NCBI RefSeq assembly: GCF_006345805.1
Contig: NC_043010.1
Coordinates: 49,972,001 to 50,036,000, forward strand
Source of the DNA: Octopus sinensis
Taxonomy: Eukaryota
Direction of reading: 5' to 3'
DNA length: 64,000 nt
The first letter of the stretch is position 1; every line of letters starts with the position of its first letter. Positions 49,401-57,383 of this stretch are shown one piece after another. The position numbers were made by a program, and so were the translations under genes. The notes beneath the pieces were generated by a model. That model was given only the letters and a program-made list of their open reading frames with translations. It made no database searches and was not told where the DNA came from.

Positions 49401-52045
49401 CGTGAGAAGACCAGGCAGGACAAGTGGGTCCAGCCCACTTATGCATGTCTTTCTTCCCTTGGACACACAAAGACCTGTTGAGGCAAGCAAAGTCGAAATT
49501 GAACCTCATCCGACGACAGGCACCCACGCCAACCTCTCTTCATTGGACACTAAACTCTGCTTGCAAAAACCTGTTGGGGCAAGTGAAATCGAAATCGAAA
49601 TTGAACCAATCCTATGACTGGCACCCGGCAGTTACCAGGACCGCTGGACTGACTCCTGTGCAGGTGGCAAGTGAAGAAACACCATTTCGACCCTGTGCTT
49701 GAGGAGATCCATTGAGTCAAGTACACCGACATCAAAATCAATGGAAACTGCAGTTGTGATCCCTGAGCCGCTGGCACGTAAAAAGCACCATCTGAAGGTG
49801 GCCGATGTCAGCGCCACCTAGACTGGCTTCTGTGTCGGTGGCACGTAAAAAGCACCATTCGAATCGTGGCCGATGCCAGTGCCGCCTTGACTGGCTTCTG
49901 TGCCGGTGGCACGTAAAATGCACCAATCCAATCGTGGCAGTTGCCAACCTCGCCTGGCACCTGTATAGGTGGCATGTAAAAAGCACCCGCGTTAGGAAGG
50001 GCATCCAGCTGTAGAAACACTGCCAGATCAAACTGGAGCTTGGTGCAGCCTTCTGGCTTCCCAGATCCCCGGTCGAACCGTCCAACCCATGCTAGCATGG
50101 AAAACGGACGTTAAACGATGATGATGATGATTAGTTCTGTTAAAACAAATTACATTTAAGAACTCCTAGTTATTCTTAAAAAACTGTTTTCTAGTTTGAG
50201 CTATCTGTGTAAAAGTAAGCCAGTCTGAGTGGACTTTCTGTTAACTGATTAATTCTTTTGCATATTGCAAATTATTATCTACTCAGTACATGTTGCCTAG
50301 AATTTAGAAACACTATGGAATAATGGTGGGTTTTTCGTGTTGCAGGGCACAAGGCAATCTTACTAGTGTTGGTGTGATGATAAAAGGCACACAGCGCATT
50401 TTATTACAATGGTTAGCAAACAAGCAGAGTTAAGTGAAAAGACCCTTTTGTCTATTTAAGAAGATGGTGACCTCTCATGTGTTAGTGTCACACTAAAATA
50501 CACTCAGTACACTGTAAAGTGGCTAGTACTCAGATGGCATCCAGATGTTGAAAGCATGTCAAAACTGGAACACAAGAATGAGAAACAGTCCTCCAACCCA
50601 TCTAGACAGGCACTAATTCCAAAGAAAAATTAACTCGGATTGAGATAGCCTGTCCAACCCACACCAGCAAGGAAAGTGGGCATAAAATGATGACGATGGA
50701 GATGATACTGGACAATGAGGGGATAGTCCTGGCTGGAACTTCTTTGATCATACATTTAAGTGATTCAGGCAGAGTTGAGGCTAAACAACAACCCGAATAC
50801 TTTAATGTTAAAACAAAAAAAACTAGGCAATTCGATTATTAGGGCATAAACAGCTTGATTCGATCCCCAAACTAAGATGGTTAAATTCCACAAGAAAATA
50901 ACTTTTTTCTAATTTTGGTACAAGGTTAGCATTTTAAGGGGAGGGAGCAAACCGATTATATCGACCCCCAGTACTTGACTGATATTTCATTTTATCGACC
51001 CCGAAAGGACGAAAGGCCAAGTTGATCTCAGCAGTATTTGAACTCAGAACGGTAAAGAAGCTGAAGAAATGCCGCTAAGAATTTTGTCCAATGCACTATT
51101 ATCTGTTTTAGGTGAAATCTAGAATCCGAGGAACTAATAGTGGTTGGGGCCTGCATCGGCAACAATAATAATCTGAACCACGGTAGAAAACAAATTAATT
51201 AGTCTCAAAGGTGTGAAACGCCGAATATTTCCGGTTGAAAAGAACGCCTGTCACAGATAAATGAATATGGAAATCTCCATGCTATGCCAAACTTAAAATA
51301 GAATTACAAATTATATAAATAAATTAAATCATTAGAGTTGATAACATTCTTGATTATATATGAACAATATTCTTTTCATATATCCATGATACGAACGAAT
51401 TTTCTTAATATAACTGATGTGGTACTAAAACTTGTTTCAAGTGACTAATAAATATATTTTTGTTAAATCTTAAACTTAAAACAATATTTTTGTAAATGAA
51501 ACTTGGGTTGTTGCACGAAACAGTTTTTACACGTTCGTTTTTTTTTTTTTTAAATTGAAATTCTACAACAAATATATAAGATTGTTTGCTATGGCCGGTC
51601 AGAGAGTGACCATTGGTTTTTGTAGCTATTAAACGCTTAGCTCGCCAGACTCAAACGTATGTATAGACATATATACACACACACACTCCGACTCAATGAC
51701 AACTAGAATTTGACAGTCAATTGAAATTTTGGTTAGTTTAGATTCTAGAATAAGCTCGGTATATATTTTTAAACACCCGCATAAATTACGATGTTTTAAT
51801 TATAATTCAAGAGTTTAACTTGACAAGTCCCCAAAGCCTAAAACACAGCAGACGACGTAGAAACAATATTTATATTTACCATATATTCGAAGTTGCAAAT
51901 TCTATAATAGTTATAACTATTTAAATTAAAATATTTTCTTTATTTCGAGATATTTTATATCTATGACAAAGAGCAAGCTGAGAAATGCATCAAAGATACT
52001 GTTTTAATATTGTTGACAAACCTTACCTCCTTGTGTCGACGCCAT
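11684..52045 (-). CDS. VPS51: Vacuolar protein sorting-associated protein 51 homolog (GARP/EARP complex subunit), complete 20-exon CDS
   Basis: Exons joined by hand: 52045-52027, 46786-46500, 45360-45205, 41079-41006, 39963-39831, 37914-37826, 36447-36324, 33612-33509, 32354-32255, 31315-31215, 30307-30228, 29775-29633, 27929-27807, 26078-25974, 25065-24925, 22869-22640, 20306-20186, 18460-18348, 17662-17584, 11713-11684. All introns are GT-AG with matching phases; total 2352 nt = 783 aa + TGA. Recognised Vps51 motifs: [63 protein letters not shown]-terminal ICERG*. Confidence 0.96.
11830..12612 (-). mobile_element. Four head-to-tail SINE family B copies separated by (TAA)n tails
   Basis: Repeated AAAGGATGAAA(G/T)GNAAAGTTNACCTCAGTGGAAT cores at ~11910, 12065, 12300 and 12500; a further copy at 11170-11380. 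Confidence 0.85.
12618..12912 (+). mobile_element. Possible Helentron/DINE-1-type non-autonomous element, 5' part
   Basis: AACAAGAGCACTCAGAGCGCAAACCTCC start and ..AAGTTTCATCCAAATCCATCCTGCAGTTCTTGAGATA segment resemble this class; class is inferred. Confidence 0.4.
12930..13368 (-). mobile_element. RTE LINE ORF 3' fragment
   Basis: Homologous to 43498-44026 ([40 protein letters not shown]). Confidence 0.85.
14372..14605 (+). mobile_element. Young SINE family B copy inserted into an older family B copy
   Basis: 14-bp TSD GTATTTTGTTCCAA at 14355-14368 and 14606-14619; intact B-box GAGTTCAAATTC. Confidence 0.9.
14870..15360 (-). mobile_element. RTE-clade LINE 3' fragment (second family) with (GAT)n tail
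   Basis: [30 protein letters not shown] / [31 protein letters not shown]; one frameshift. Confidence 0.85.
17584..17662 (-). CDS. VPS51: Vps51 exon 19
   Basis: ttatag|[26 protein letters not shown]|gtaagt. Confidence 0.94.
17720..17960 (+). mobile_element. RTE LINE remnant
   Basis: [36 protein letters not shown]. Confidence 0.65.
17960..18105 (-). mobile_element. Short tRNA-headed SINE fragment
   Basis: GGGCATATGGCATAGTGGTTAAGAGCG..AAGTTCGATTCCAGGCAGTGACC then (AAT)n; A and B boxes present, but no tRNA acceptor stem or anticodon arm. Confidence 0.7.
18348..18460 (-). CDS. VPS51: Vps51 exon 18
   Basis: tacaag|[37 protein letters not shown](N)|gtaagt. Confidence 0.96.
18862..19247 (+). mobile_element. 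Full-length young tRNA-derived SINE (family C2)
   Basis: Perfect 12-bp TSD AAACAAGAAACA at 18850-18861 and 19248-19259; A box TGGCCCAGTGG, B box GTTTCGATTCC; CpGs retained. Confidence 0.9.
20186..20306 (-). CDS. VPS51: Vps51 exon 17
   Basis: ttccag|[40 protein letters not shown]|gtaagt. Confidence 0.95.
20370..20675 (+). mobile_element. Chimeric SINE (family C core with family C2 tail)
   Basis: TTGCTCCAGTCCACTCACAGCTGGCAAAAATGA core, then TTCAAAGGGCC..GGAGTGCTCAGCCACTT tail as in 19075-19230. Confidence 0.7.
21107..21325 (+). mobile_element. SINE family B
   Basis: Low-divergence copy; inverted relative to 21957-22170. Confidence 0.88.
21957..22170 (-). mobile_element. SINE family B inserted in an RTE remnant (about 21700-22310, +)
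   Basis: The flanks rejoin into the RTE end also seen at 56400-56815 ([17 protein letters not shown] | ..(ATGG)n tail). Confidence 0.85.
22640..22869 (-). CDS. VPS51: Vps51 exon 16
   Basis: ttgaag|[51 protein letters not shown](S)|gtaaat. Confidence 0.95.
24925..25065 (-). CDS. VPS51: Vps51 exon 15
   Basis: caacag|[47 protein letters not shown]|gtacat. Confidence 0.93.
25321..25654 (-). mobile_element. SINE family C4
   Basis: Head GAAGGCACATGGCTCAGTGGTTAGAGC; homologous to 58320-58627. Confidence 0.8.
25974..26078 (-). CDS. VPS51: Vps51 exon 14
   Basis: ttacag|[35 protein letters not shown]|gtgagt. Confidence 0.93.
27807..27929 (-). CDS. VPS51: Vps51 exon 13
   Basis: ttacag|[41 protein letters not shown]|gtgagt. 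Confidence 0.93.
28570..28612 (-). ncRNA. Minimal type I hammerhead ribozyme, U3-A8 core variant
   Basis: GCTACA TTGACAA AGGG-CAAATA-CCCT GAAA CGCG TC/ TGTAGC. Helix I 6 bp perfect, helix II 4 bp, palindromic ACGCGT helix III, GUC site after 28576. Confidence 0.75.
28831..28873 (-). ncRNA. Minimal type I hammerhead ribozyme motif
   Basis: ATAAAC CTGATGA T-TGCA-TAA-TGCA-T GAAA GTAC TA/ GTGTTAT. Intact core; helix II 4 bp with a U.U mismatch at its base; palindromic AGTACT helix III; helix I 6 bp with one G bulge; CUA site after 28838. Confidence 0.6.
29500..29612. repeat. (CATA)n/(CATG)n tetranucleotide microsatellite 20 nt from the exon 12 donor
   Basis: Seen directly. Confidence 0.95.
29633..29775 (-). 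CDS. VPS51: Vps51 exon 12
   Basis: tttcag|[47 protein letters not shown]|gtatgc. Confidence 0.93.
30228..30307 (-). CDS. VPS51: Vps51 exon 11
   Basis: ctttag|[26 protein letters not shown](D)|gtttgt. Confidence 0.9.
30512..30767 (+). mobile_element. SINE family C, full length
   Basis: TSD TATTCTTT(C/T)AATG (13 bp, 1 mismatch); near-identical to 35959-36218. Confidence 0.9.
31215..31315 (-). CDS. VPS51: Vps51 exon 10
   Basis: tttcag|[33 protein letters not shown](R)|gtaagt. Confidence 0.94.
32255..32354 (-). CDS. VPS51: Vps51 exon 9
   Basis: tttcag|[33 protein letters not shown]|gtgagt. Confidence 0.92.
33509..33612 (-). CDS. VPS51: Vps51 exon 8
   Basis: taatag|[34 protein letters not shown](D)|gtaagt. 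Confidence 0.93.
34706..35123 (-). mobile_element. SINE family A, full length
   Basis: Head to tail match with 9740-10108; internal (AC)/(AT) microsatellite. Confidence 0.9.
35959..36218 (+). mobile_element. Young SINE family C
   Basis: Perfect 17-bp TSD TATTTGTAATCAAATAT at 35942-35958 and 36219-36235. Confidence 0.92.
36324..36447 (-). CDS. VPS51: Vps51 exon 7
   Basis: ttctag|[41 protein letters not shown]|gtaata; the donor is weak and was chosen by phase and continuity into DVLEFVDHG. Confidence 0.8.
37368..37588. mobile_element. piggyBac-type MITE (family 2), 221 bp
   Basis: TTAA|CCCTTTCGTTAC..GTAACGAAAGGG|TTAA: perfect 12-bp TIR and TTAA TSD. Diverged relatives at ~27570-27770 and ~34478-34703. 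Confidence 0.85.
37826..37914 (-). CDS. VPS51: Vps51 exon 6
   Basis: tttcag|[29 protein letters not shown](H)|gtaagt. Confidence 0.93.
38072..38486 (-). mobile_element. SINE family A, full length
   Basis: Matches 34706-35123. Confidence 0.88.
38950..39360 (+). mobile_element. Internally deleted, degenerate RTE-derived remnant
   Basis: RTE-like 5' segment (GCTAGACAGGTCAAAGGACAGAGGCCAGATTAA) lies close to the ORF-end motif [16 protein letters not shown]. Confidence 0.4.
39831..39963 (-). CDS. VPS51: Vps51 exon 5
   Basis: accag|[44 protein letters not shown]|gtaaat. Confidence 0.93.
41006..41079 (-). CDS. VPS51: Vps51 exon 4
   Basis: ttctag|[24 protein letters not shown](R)|gtaaga. Confidence 0.95.
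41874..42527 (+). mobile_element. CR1-clade LINE 3' fragment with (TAAC)n tail, nested inside a SINE B
   Basis: [86 protein letters not shown]; single premature TGA at 42299-42301. Confidence 0.92.
42960..44030 (-). mobile_element. RTE LINE 3' portion: ORF end plus ~540-nt 3' UTR with tandem units and (GAT)n tail
   Basis: [32 protein letters not shown] / [41 protein letters not shown] (stop at 43498), then TGGCA(C/T)GTAAAAAGCACC units and the family D end. Confidence 0.9.
44704..45105 (+). mobile_element. SINE family A, full length, 100 nt from the exon 3 donor
   Basis: Head to tail match; opposite orientation to the copies at 45870-45985 and 46880-47217. Confidence 0.85.
45205..45360 (-). 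CDS. VPS51: Vps51 exon 3
   Basis: tttcag|[52 protein letters not shown]|gtatgt. Confidence 0.95.
46500..46786 (-). CDS. VPS51: Vps51 exon 2
   Basis: ttgacag|..[36 protein letters not shown]|gtaaga. Confidence 0.95.
46880..47217 (-). mobile_element. SINE family A, diverged
   Basis: CCAAGGTGCCACACAGTGGGACTGAAC..CTTCTTAACCACACAGCCATG. Confidence 0.75.
47275..47575 (+). mobile_element. Chimeric SINE (family C2 head with family C tail)
   Basis: Head and middle match 18864-19050; tail GTCCCATCCAGGTGGGGAAC..GAAACCGGGAAACCGGCCC..ATGAGCC matches 30670-30735 and 36125-36190. Confidence 0.75.
49392..50130 (+). mobile_element. RTE LINE 3' end: ORF stop plus ~700-nt structured 3' UTR
   Basis: [11 protein letters not shown], then four TGGCA(C/T)GTAAAA(A/T)GCACC units at 49772, 49839, 49907 and 49970, then the family D end and (GAT)n. 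Confidence 0.88.
52027..52045 (-). CDS. VPS51: Vps51 coding exon 1 (MASTQG + G, phase 1)
   Basis: AAG-ATG GCG TCG ACA CAA GGA G|gtaagg; phase 1 matches exon 2, which begins AT GAG. Confidence 0.8.
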
Positions 52046-52290
52046 CTTTTTAATCATAAGGCTCCTTACGATATAAAATTTACAAACAAAATTAGTGAAA
52101 ATATTTAATAACAACTAAAGCACATTTTAAAATATTTATTAATTTTCGTAACAACGAAATTAAAATACTATCATTAATTAATGAAATTAATTGATATCAA
52201 TAAACTTTACAATAACGCATAATCTTTCTAAGCGGTTCATATCATTCGCCATTTGTGACATCAGTGAAAAGGAAAGTTCTGTCATCGGTA
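52040..52290. promoter_or_regulatory. Bidirectional promoter region between Vps51 and DCTN1
   Basis: Divergent first exons about 200 bp apart. YY1-type CGCCATCTT at 52040-52048 overlaps the Vps51 ATG, and CGCCATTTG lies at 52247-52255. CRE-like TGACATCA at 52256-52263. Visibly more CpG in 51500-53800 than in the introns. Confidence 0.65.
52245..52287 (+). other. DCTN1: Candidate non-coding first exon of DCTN1 (5' start approximate)
   Basis: Donor TCG|GTAAGC at 52287/52288 with no ATG in the preceding segment; a second consensus donor ACG|GTAAGT lies at 52434/52435. Confidence 0.45.
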
Positions 52291-52575
52291 AGCCTTTTTT
52301 TTATTTAGATTTGCTCTGCTTTTCATTCTTTTCCTTTTGTAATATATTTACATATCCAAAGATATGAAGTCTATTTTCTTAAAAACTAATGCCTATTTGC
52401 ATATAAATAGTTATAGACAGACTATTTGCAGACGGTAAGTTTATAAATAAATAAGGTTGACGCAACAGATACCTTTTTCCATCTATGCAGGCTTTAGTTA
52501 ATTACGGTTAACACATACACCCGATTTATATACGTTTGTACATATTTATTGAAACCACATTTTTTTTTATTCATC

Positions 52576-52783
52576 ATGTCTGCTCCCCAAAAAGCACCCG
52601 ATGAATCTTTAGATGCTGCTCCTTCACAGATTCCCGTACATAAAAGCCCTCGACCAAAAACTGGTTCCTTTATAGCGAGGCGATGTCTTTCTTTATCTGC
52701 CCTACCCACGTATAAACGATCCCCGTCTGCTACATTTCGATCCCCAACTTCTCAAGAAAAAGTAAGATTGCACAATTTCCGAG
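52576..52783 (+). CDS. DCTN1: Candidate alternative first coding exon of DCTN1 (about 70-aa N-terminal extension)
   Basis: ATG at 52576 opens MSAPQKAPDESLDAAPSQIPVHKSPRPK..QEKVRLHNFR. Donor CGAG|gtgagc is phase 1 and joins in frame (G+CC) to the acceptor at 57270. Non-repetitive sequence next to the promoter. Confidence 0.6.
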
Positions 52784-55601
52784 GTGAGCTGAATTTCCCC
52801 AACCGTTGATCCGTCGTTATTATCATTCAATTTTCACCCCCCATACTTGCAGCATATATGACTCAGGATAAATTGTAACGATTTAATTCTTTCGTTTTAA
52901 CCCCATTCGTATTCAAGATACATTATAAAGAATATAAATTAATCCCGATAATTGACAGGTCATTTATTCTATCGACACCAAAAAGAGAAAAAGCAAAGTT
53001 GGCCCCTGCTTGAATTGAACTCGGAACGTAGAAGGTTGTAGCAAAATACTACTCCTGGAATTTATAAAAATCTTGACACATCCTCCCCTAATTTTTGCTT
53101 TGATTTCTCATTTCGACTAACTTCTCACTAAAATTTAGTCGAATTTGCATTTATAGGCTTTTAGAATATGACTAATTAAACGCCTTTAATTAACCCCCTT
53201 CCTCCCTATTTTGATGCTATGCATTCTAAAAATTTGACTTTTATTGCTTCATCTCAACATATGCGTTTACTATGTCACCCTGTTATTATTTTTAATTTTT
53301 CTTGTTTCTTATCTTAAACGTAAAGTCTATTAGTTGTTGCAAGTCTGTTTAAAACCACCGAGTACTATCAAATTTGATTGATATTTCGGCAACGCAGAAT
53401 TGCTACCAACTTTCATTCATCAATTCTCGATGAGCGACCTTTACATGGTCACTCAACAAACAAGAAATATTAGTCAGACCGTCAAATATACCACGAAATC
53501 GGAGCCTATTGTTTTGAAAAGAGAGCACTTTAGATAACGTACTCCGATATACTGTTGGGGTGGGGTGTGTGTGTGTAAAAAAAGACAGGCTGGTCATAAA
53601 CGGAACGACAAGGTTGATTTGGTGGGTAAACAACATACTACTCGGGGCATGAGTACTATCAAAGCGAAAACGTGTGAGCATGATTTGCTAGAAATAGCAG
53701 CCAAGTGTCCTTTATATCTTAAAATAAGGACGCATTAGAAAATTTAGCCTGAGATATACCGCTTGAAAAAGCCCACTCATATAAAATTCTGCGATTAGTT
53801 TCGACCTGAGGCTAAACAACTCGTACATTTTATAACTACTTATTTTCATAGCTATTTATAGATTTGAACAGTATTTTATGGTTAAAAAAAATCATTATTT
53901 AAAATATCGATTTTTTTTTTCCCCCGATTAGGGATGAGGTCAACTTTGTAGAGGACGAAGTATGATACATTAAATTAAAAAAATATTAATCTGGTTGCTT
54001 AATAACCCTGTTGAGAGTTGAACTCTGGTTTGAGGTTCTGAATAATTAAATAATTTACTGTAAAACGTCCAGTCTGAACCCTCTCCCCTCACTCTCCACC
54101 TAAACAAAAAAACTTGAGGCAATATCACTGTCCTACTAAGATTGACGTGTTACAAATTTATTATAGATTTCTTACTTGACACATAAGACACAGATATTTA
54201 TTTGTAGATGCATAGAAGGAAATTGTATGAAGTTTATACTTATTTGTATTAAATGGCCACAATCCAAAACTGATTATCAAAGTGATAAAATTAATTTATT
54301 TGAAAGTTAATTCCATGTTTTTAGTGTCAGGGGAGAGAGGAGGGTGGTTATATTTCATTTCATTCATTAATATATCTTTGTCACCTAGATGAGAAAGTCT
54401 GGCCTTTTCAAGGCCACTTGAAGTGGGAATGTAAGGGGTTGTCCTCAACTGGAGATCAGGTCTGAATGCTTGTGGCAGTGGTGTTTAACTAAAGCATAAT
54501 GAACTCTGAAAAAAAAAAAAAAGAAAAGAAAAAGCTGAATAATCTTGAATAGAATAAGCATGTAACTTGAACAATTTTTTTTTTTAATGAAATATTTATT
54601 TAACATAAATAATTTTTAATGCATTATGTAGATTAGAAGAATCAATAGCAACAGACAAAATGCCTAATGGTGATTAGTTGTGTACCTTTGCTTTGCCACA
54701 GTAAATAAAACGAGTAACAATCAAACATTGATTTCAAATTTTGGCACAAGGCCAGCAATTTCCAGAGAGAGAGAGAGGATAAGTCGATTAAATCAATCCC
54801 AGTACTCAACTGGTACTTATTTTATCAATCCCAAAGCATTTTGCCCACCATACTAATGATTTATTCATTGTAAAACTCCTCTCTTAATTTAATCAATTTC
54901 TCATTGCGATCAATACTTACTTTCCAACTTGTGTGGATGATAAAGAAAACAGATATTTTTTGTGAATAAGCTACATGTGACCATATAGTCTGTTAATCTT
55001 GATGATAAAACCCTTCTGCTTGGAGACTTGAAGGAAACACAGATTATGGCCACATACCAGTGAAAGACATGGGGTATGTGGATACAGTGTAAATGGATTG
55101 TTAGCAAACACAAAACTACATGGGTGCATCAGATCTACATGGTAGATTAATACATTCCACTGACAGACTAGATTAAAAATCAGAATATAACAATCACTAA
55201 CACTGTAATGACGTTAGGAGAAAAGAAATATTAAGCATCTACAAGATTAGCAACAATCATCATACCACTTTGGACAAGTCTTTGTAATCAGTGAGTATGT
55301 GGGACCTTAATGAAGAAGGGTGGAGCATTCTTTAATCAATTGATTGCTAGTAAGGGTACTGTATTTTGTCATGCACTCTTAATATACTGTCAAGAATATT
55401 ACAGGTTTATAAGTCAATACTGTGCCTCACCTGTAGATTATGGTTGCATAACCAAATACAGTATCCTTACCAGCTATTAATATGTACATACAAGTTACCA
55501 GGAATATGTTTATGTAAAATTGGTATATCCAGTAATGTTACACCACTATATTTGGTGGCTATTTAAGCAGTGTGTTTGCAGATGGTTAATGGGTCGGATG
55601 T

Positions 55602-55646
55602 GATGCTGATGAAGGAGCAAGAGCTCCTGAAATATGCATATACACC
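55602..55646 (+). ncRNA. Minimal type I hammerhead ribozyme motif in DCTN1 intron 1
   Basis: GATG CTGATGA AGGAGC-AAGA-GCTCCT GAAA TATGCATA TA/ CACC. Intact core; perfect 6-bp helix II; 10-nt palindrome ATATGCATAT as helix III; AUA site after 55642; helix I weak proximally, with possible distal AATGGG/CCTATT pairing. Confidence 0.7.
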
Positions 55647-55771
55647 TATTATGTATTTTGCTGGCTTCATTCGTGTTTACATTAGACATATTTCTATACA
55701 AAACACTGTAACAAATCGGTGCTCCTTCAAATTTCTATAGAAAATCTGCAGAGATAACGTTAAGTCTTTAA

Positions 55772-55965
55772 CCCTTTAGCATTTGGATTAATCTGTCAAA
55801 TGTAATGCTTATTTATTCAGTCATGTATTATCATATAGCTTTGAGATTTCAATGATGTGGTTATTTATTTTTAGAATGACATAGCGAGAGGCTGGATCTA
55901 GCCAGTTTGATCATAAAATGGATAGAATATTTGGGCCAGATATGGTCAGTTTAAATACTAAAAGG
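55772..55965. mobile_element. piggyBac-type MITE (family 1)
   Basis: TTAA|CCCTTTAGCATTT..AAATACTAAAAGG|TTAA. Confidence 0.8.
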
Positions 55966-56399
55966 TTAATCAATGGTACTTGATATTATAGAAGAAAATC
56001 TTGGTCCACTCCATAGACAGTGTCACATGTTAAAAGCTCTAATTACAGAAAAGTGTAATTCAAATTCTAAAGTCAGACAGTTTATAATGAAATCCAGTCA
56101 GAACTGTAACGACTTACAGATATGCTGAATTAGTGAGATATTAACAAAACCAAGGAAATACATGATCAGGCAGACAGCAACCAAAAAATTAAGTTCTTTG
56201 AATTTATCTAAAAGGCTTTTGGGCCCACAACAATAGAAATATTATTTTAACTGAAAAACTGGAGAGATGGCAAGAATACTTAGTAAACTTACTAAATCAT
56301 CTATCAAATGTATCATGTAATTGTATGATGACGACGGCTTGGAAATGACTAATTATGTTAATATGTATACTAAAGGTTTTGCATTTTGAATATGGCATG

Positions 56400-56815
56400 C
56401 TTTCATCTGATCTACAAATGCAATGACCTCTCTACATTGCACTGGTTGATAATGAATACTAGTGGCTGAAATGGGGGTCGTCTGAAGGATGTTTAGGGCA
56501 ATGTTACTCAACATAATGTGTAGCTCGGAAATCAAGGAGTCTCTCCAGGTTAAATTACTACTTCTCCATATCGGGAGGTACTACAGACATGTGATAAGAA
56601 TGTTGCAGGAAAGAATTTCAAGACTGATTCTTCAAGCAGAGCCAACTGGTAGGGTGTAGACCTAGAATAAGATGGTTGGATAATATTTATAGTCTCAGTT
56701 GGCCACACTTTGGGAATCCCGCCAGAGAGTGTAATGATAGTTGCTTCTAATAGGACCCAGTGGTGGAGGTGCCTGAAGACTCCACTCTCATGACCCTCCC
56801 AGTAATAGTGGGCTG
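56400..56815 (+). mobile_element. RTE LINE 3' remnant with (ATGG)n tail
   Basis: RYYRHVIRMLQERISRLILQAEPTG / RPRIRWLDNI..ASNRTQWWRCL. Confidence 0.7.
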
Positions 56816-57269
56816 AGAAAATGGATGGATGAATTTGAGATAAGGTGGCAGCCTGCATGACATTACAAAAAAATTTTCTCACTTGAGATGTAGGGTTTGA
56901 AGCATGTAGTTCAGTTTTAAAGATATTCAGGAATTTATTATGGGGTGATGTTGACACCCTGACGAAGTCCAAAGATTACCCAGTAGCTCCCTTTTCAATT
57001 TGTATATTACCCTATTAAATATTATGCTAGAGAAACTGGGAAACCAACCCTATGCTCTTTGTGGAGTAATGTGAACTAACCAAATATTAGTGCATTTTGA
57101 AGATTCTGATTTGGTATCATACATTTTTGTTCAATATCTACATGGGCTGACTTAGTACTTCTGTTCCCTTGAGAAAGGCTAAATAAAAACTGCTTGTATT
57201 ATCTAATTTAGTAAGTAAATTATTGCATTCATGACTACATTTAAGATTTTGTCTTTGTTTATATTGCAG

Positions 57270-57383
57270 CCATTAAAATTCCGAAGATGGGTGATCGGAT
57301 TAAGGTTGGTACTCGAGTGGAAGTGATTGGTAAAGGAGTTTTTGGTCAAGTGGCGTACATTGGCACTACACTTTTTTCAACTG
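57270..57383 (+). CDS. DCTN1: Dynactin subunit 1 (p150Glued) exon encoding the start of the CAP-Gly domain; the gene continues beyond the window
   Basis: ttgcag|CC ATT AAA ATT CCG AAG ATG(57287) [31 protein letters not shown] G|gtgagt; closely matches p150Glued [28 protein letters not shown]. No following KWVG exon found before 64000. Confidence 0.9.

Noticed and set aside
49772-49990. Regularly spaced 18-nt repeats resembling a CRISPR array
   Set aside because: The spacers are homologous to each other, the array sits in an RTE 3' UTR of a eukaryote, and there are no cas genes.
52761-52767. Alternative donor AAA|GTAAGA in the candidate DCTN1 first exon
   Set aside because: Phase 0, out of frame with the 57270 acceptor; the phase 1 donor at 52783 fits.
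56945-56990. CTGACGA AGTCC.. as a hammerhead
   Set aside because: No closing helix II strand or GAAA; CTGANGA hits at ~57860 (-) and ~62459 (+) fail for the same kind of reason (missing GAAA or helix III).
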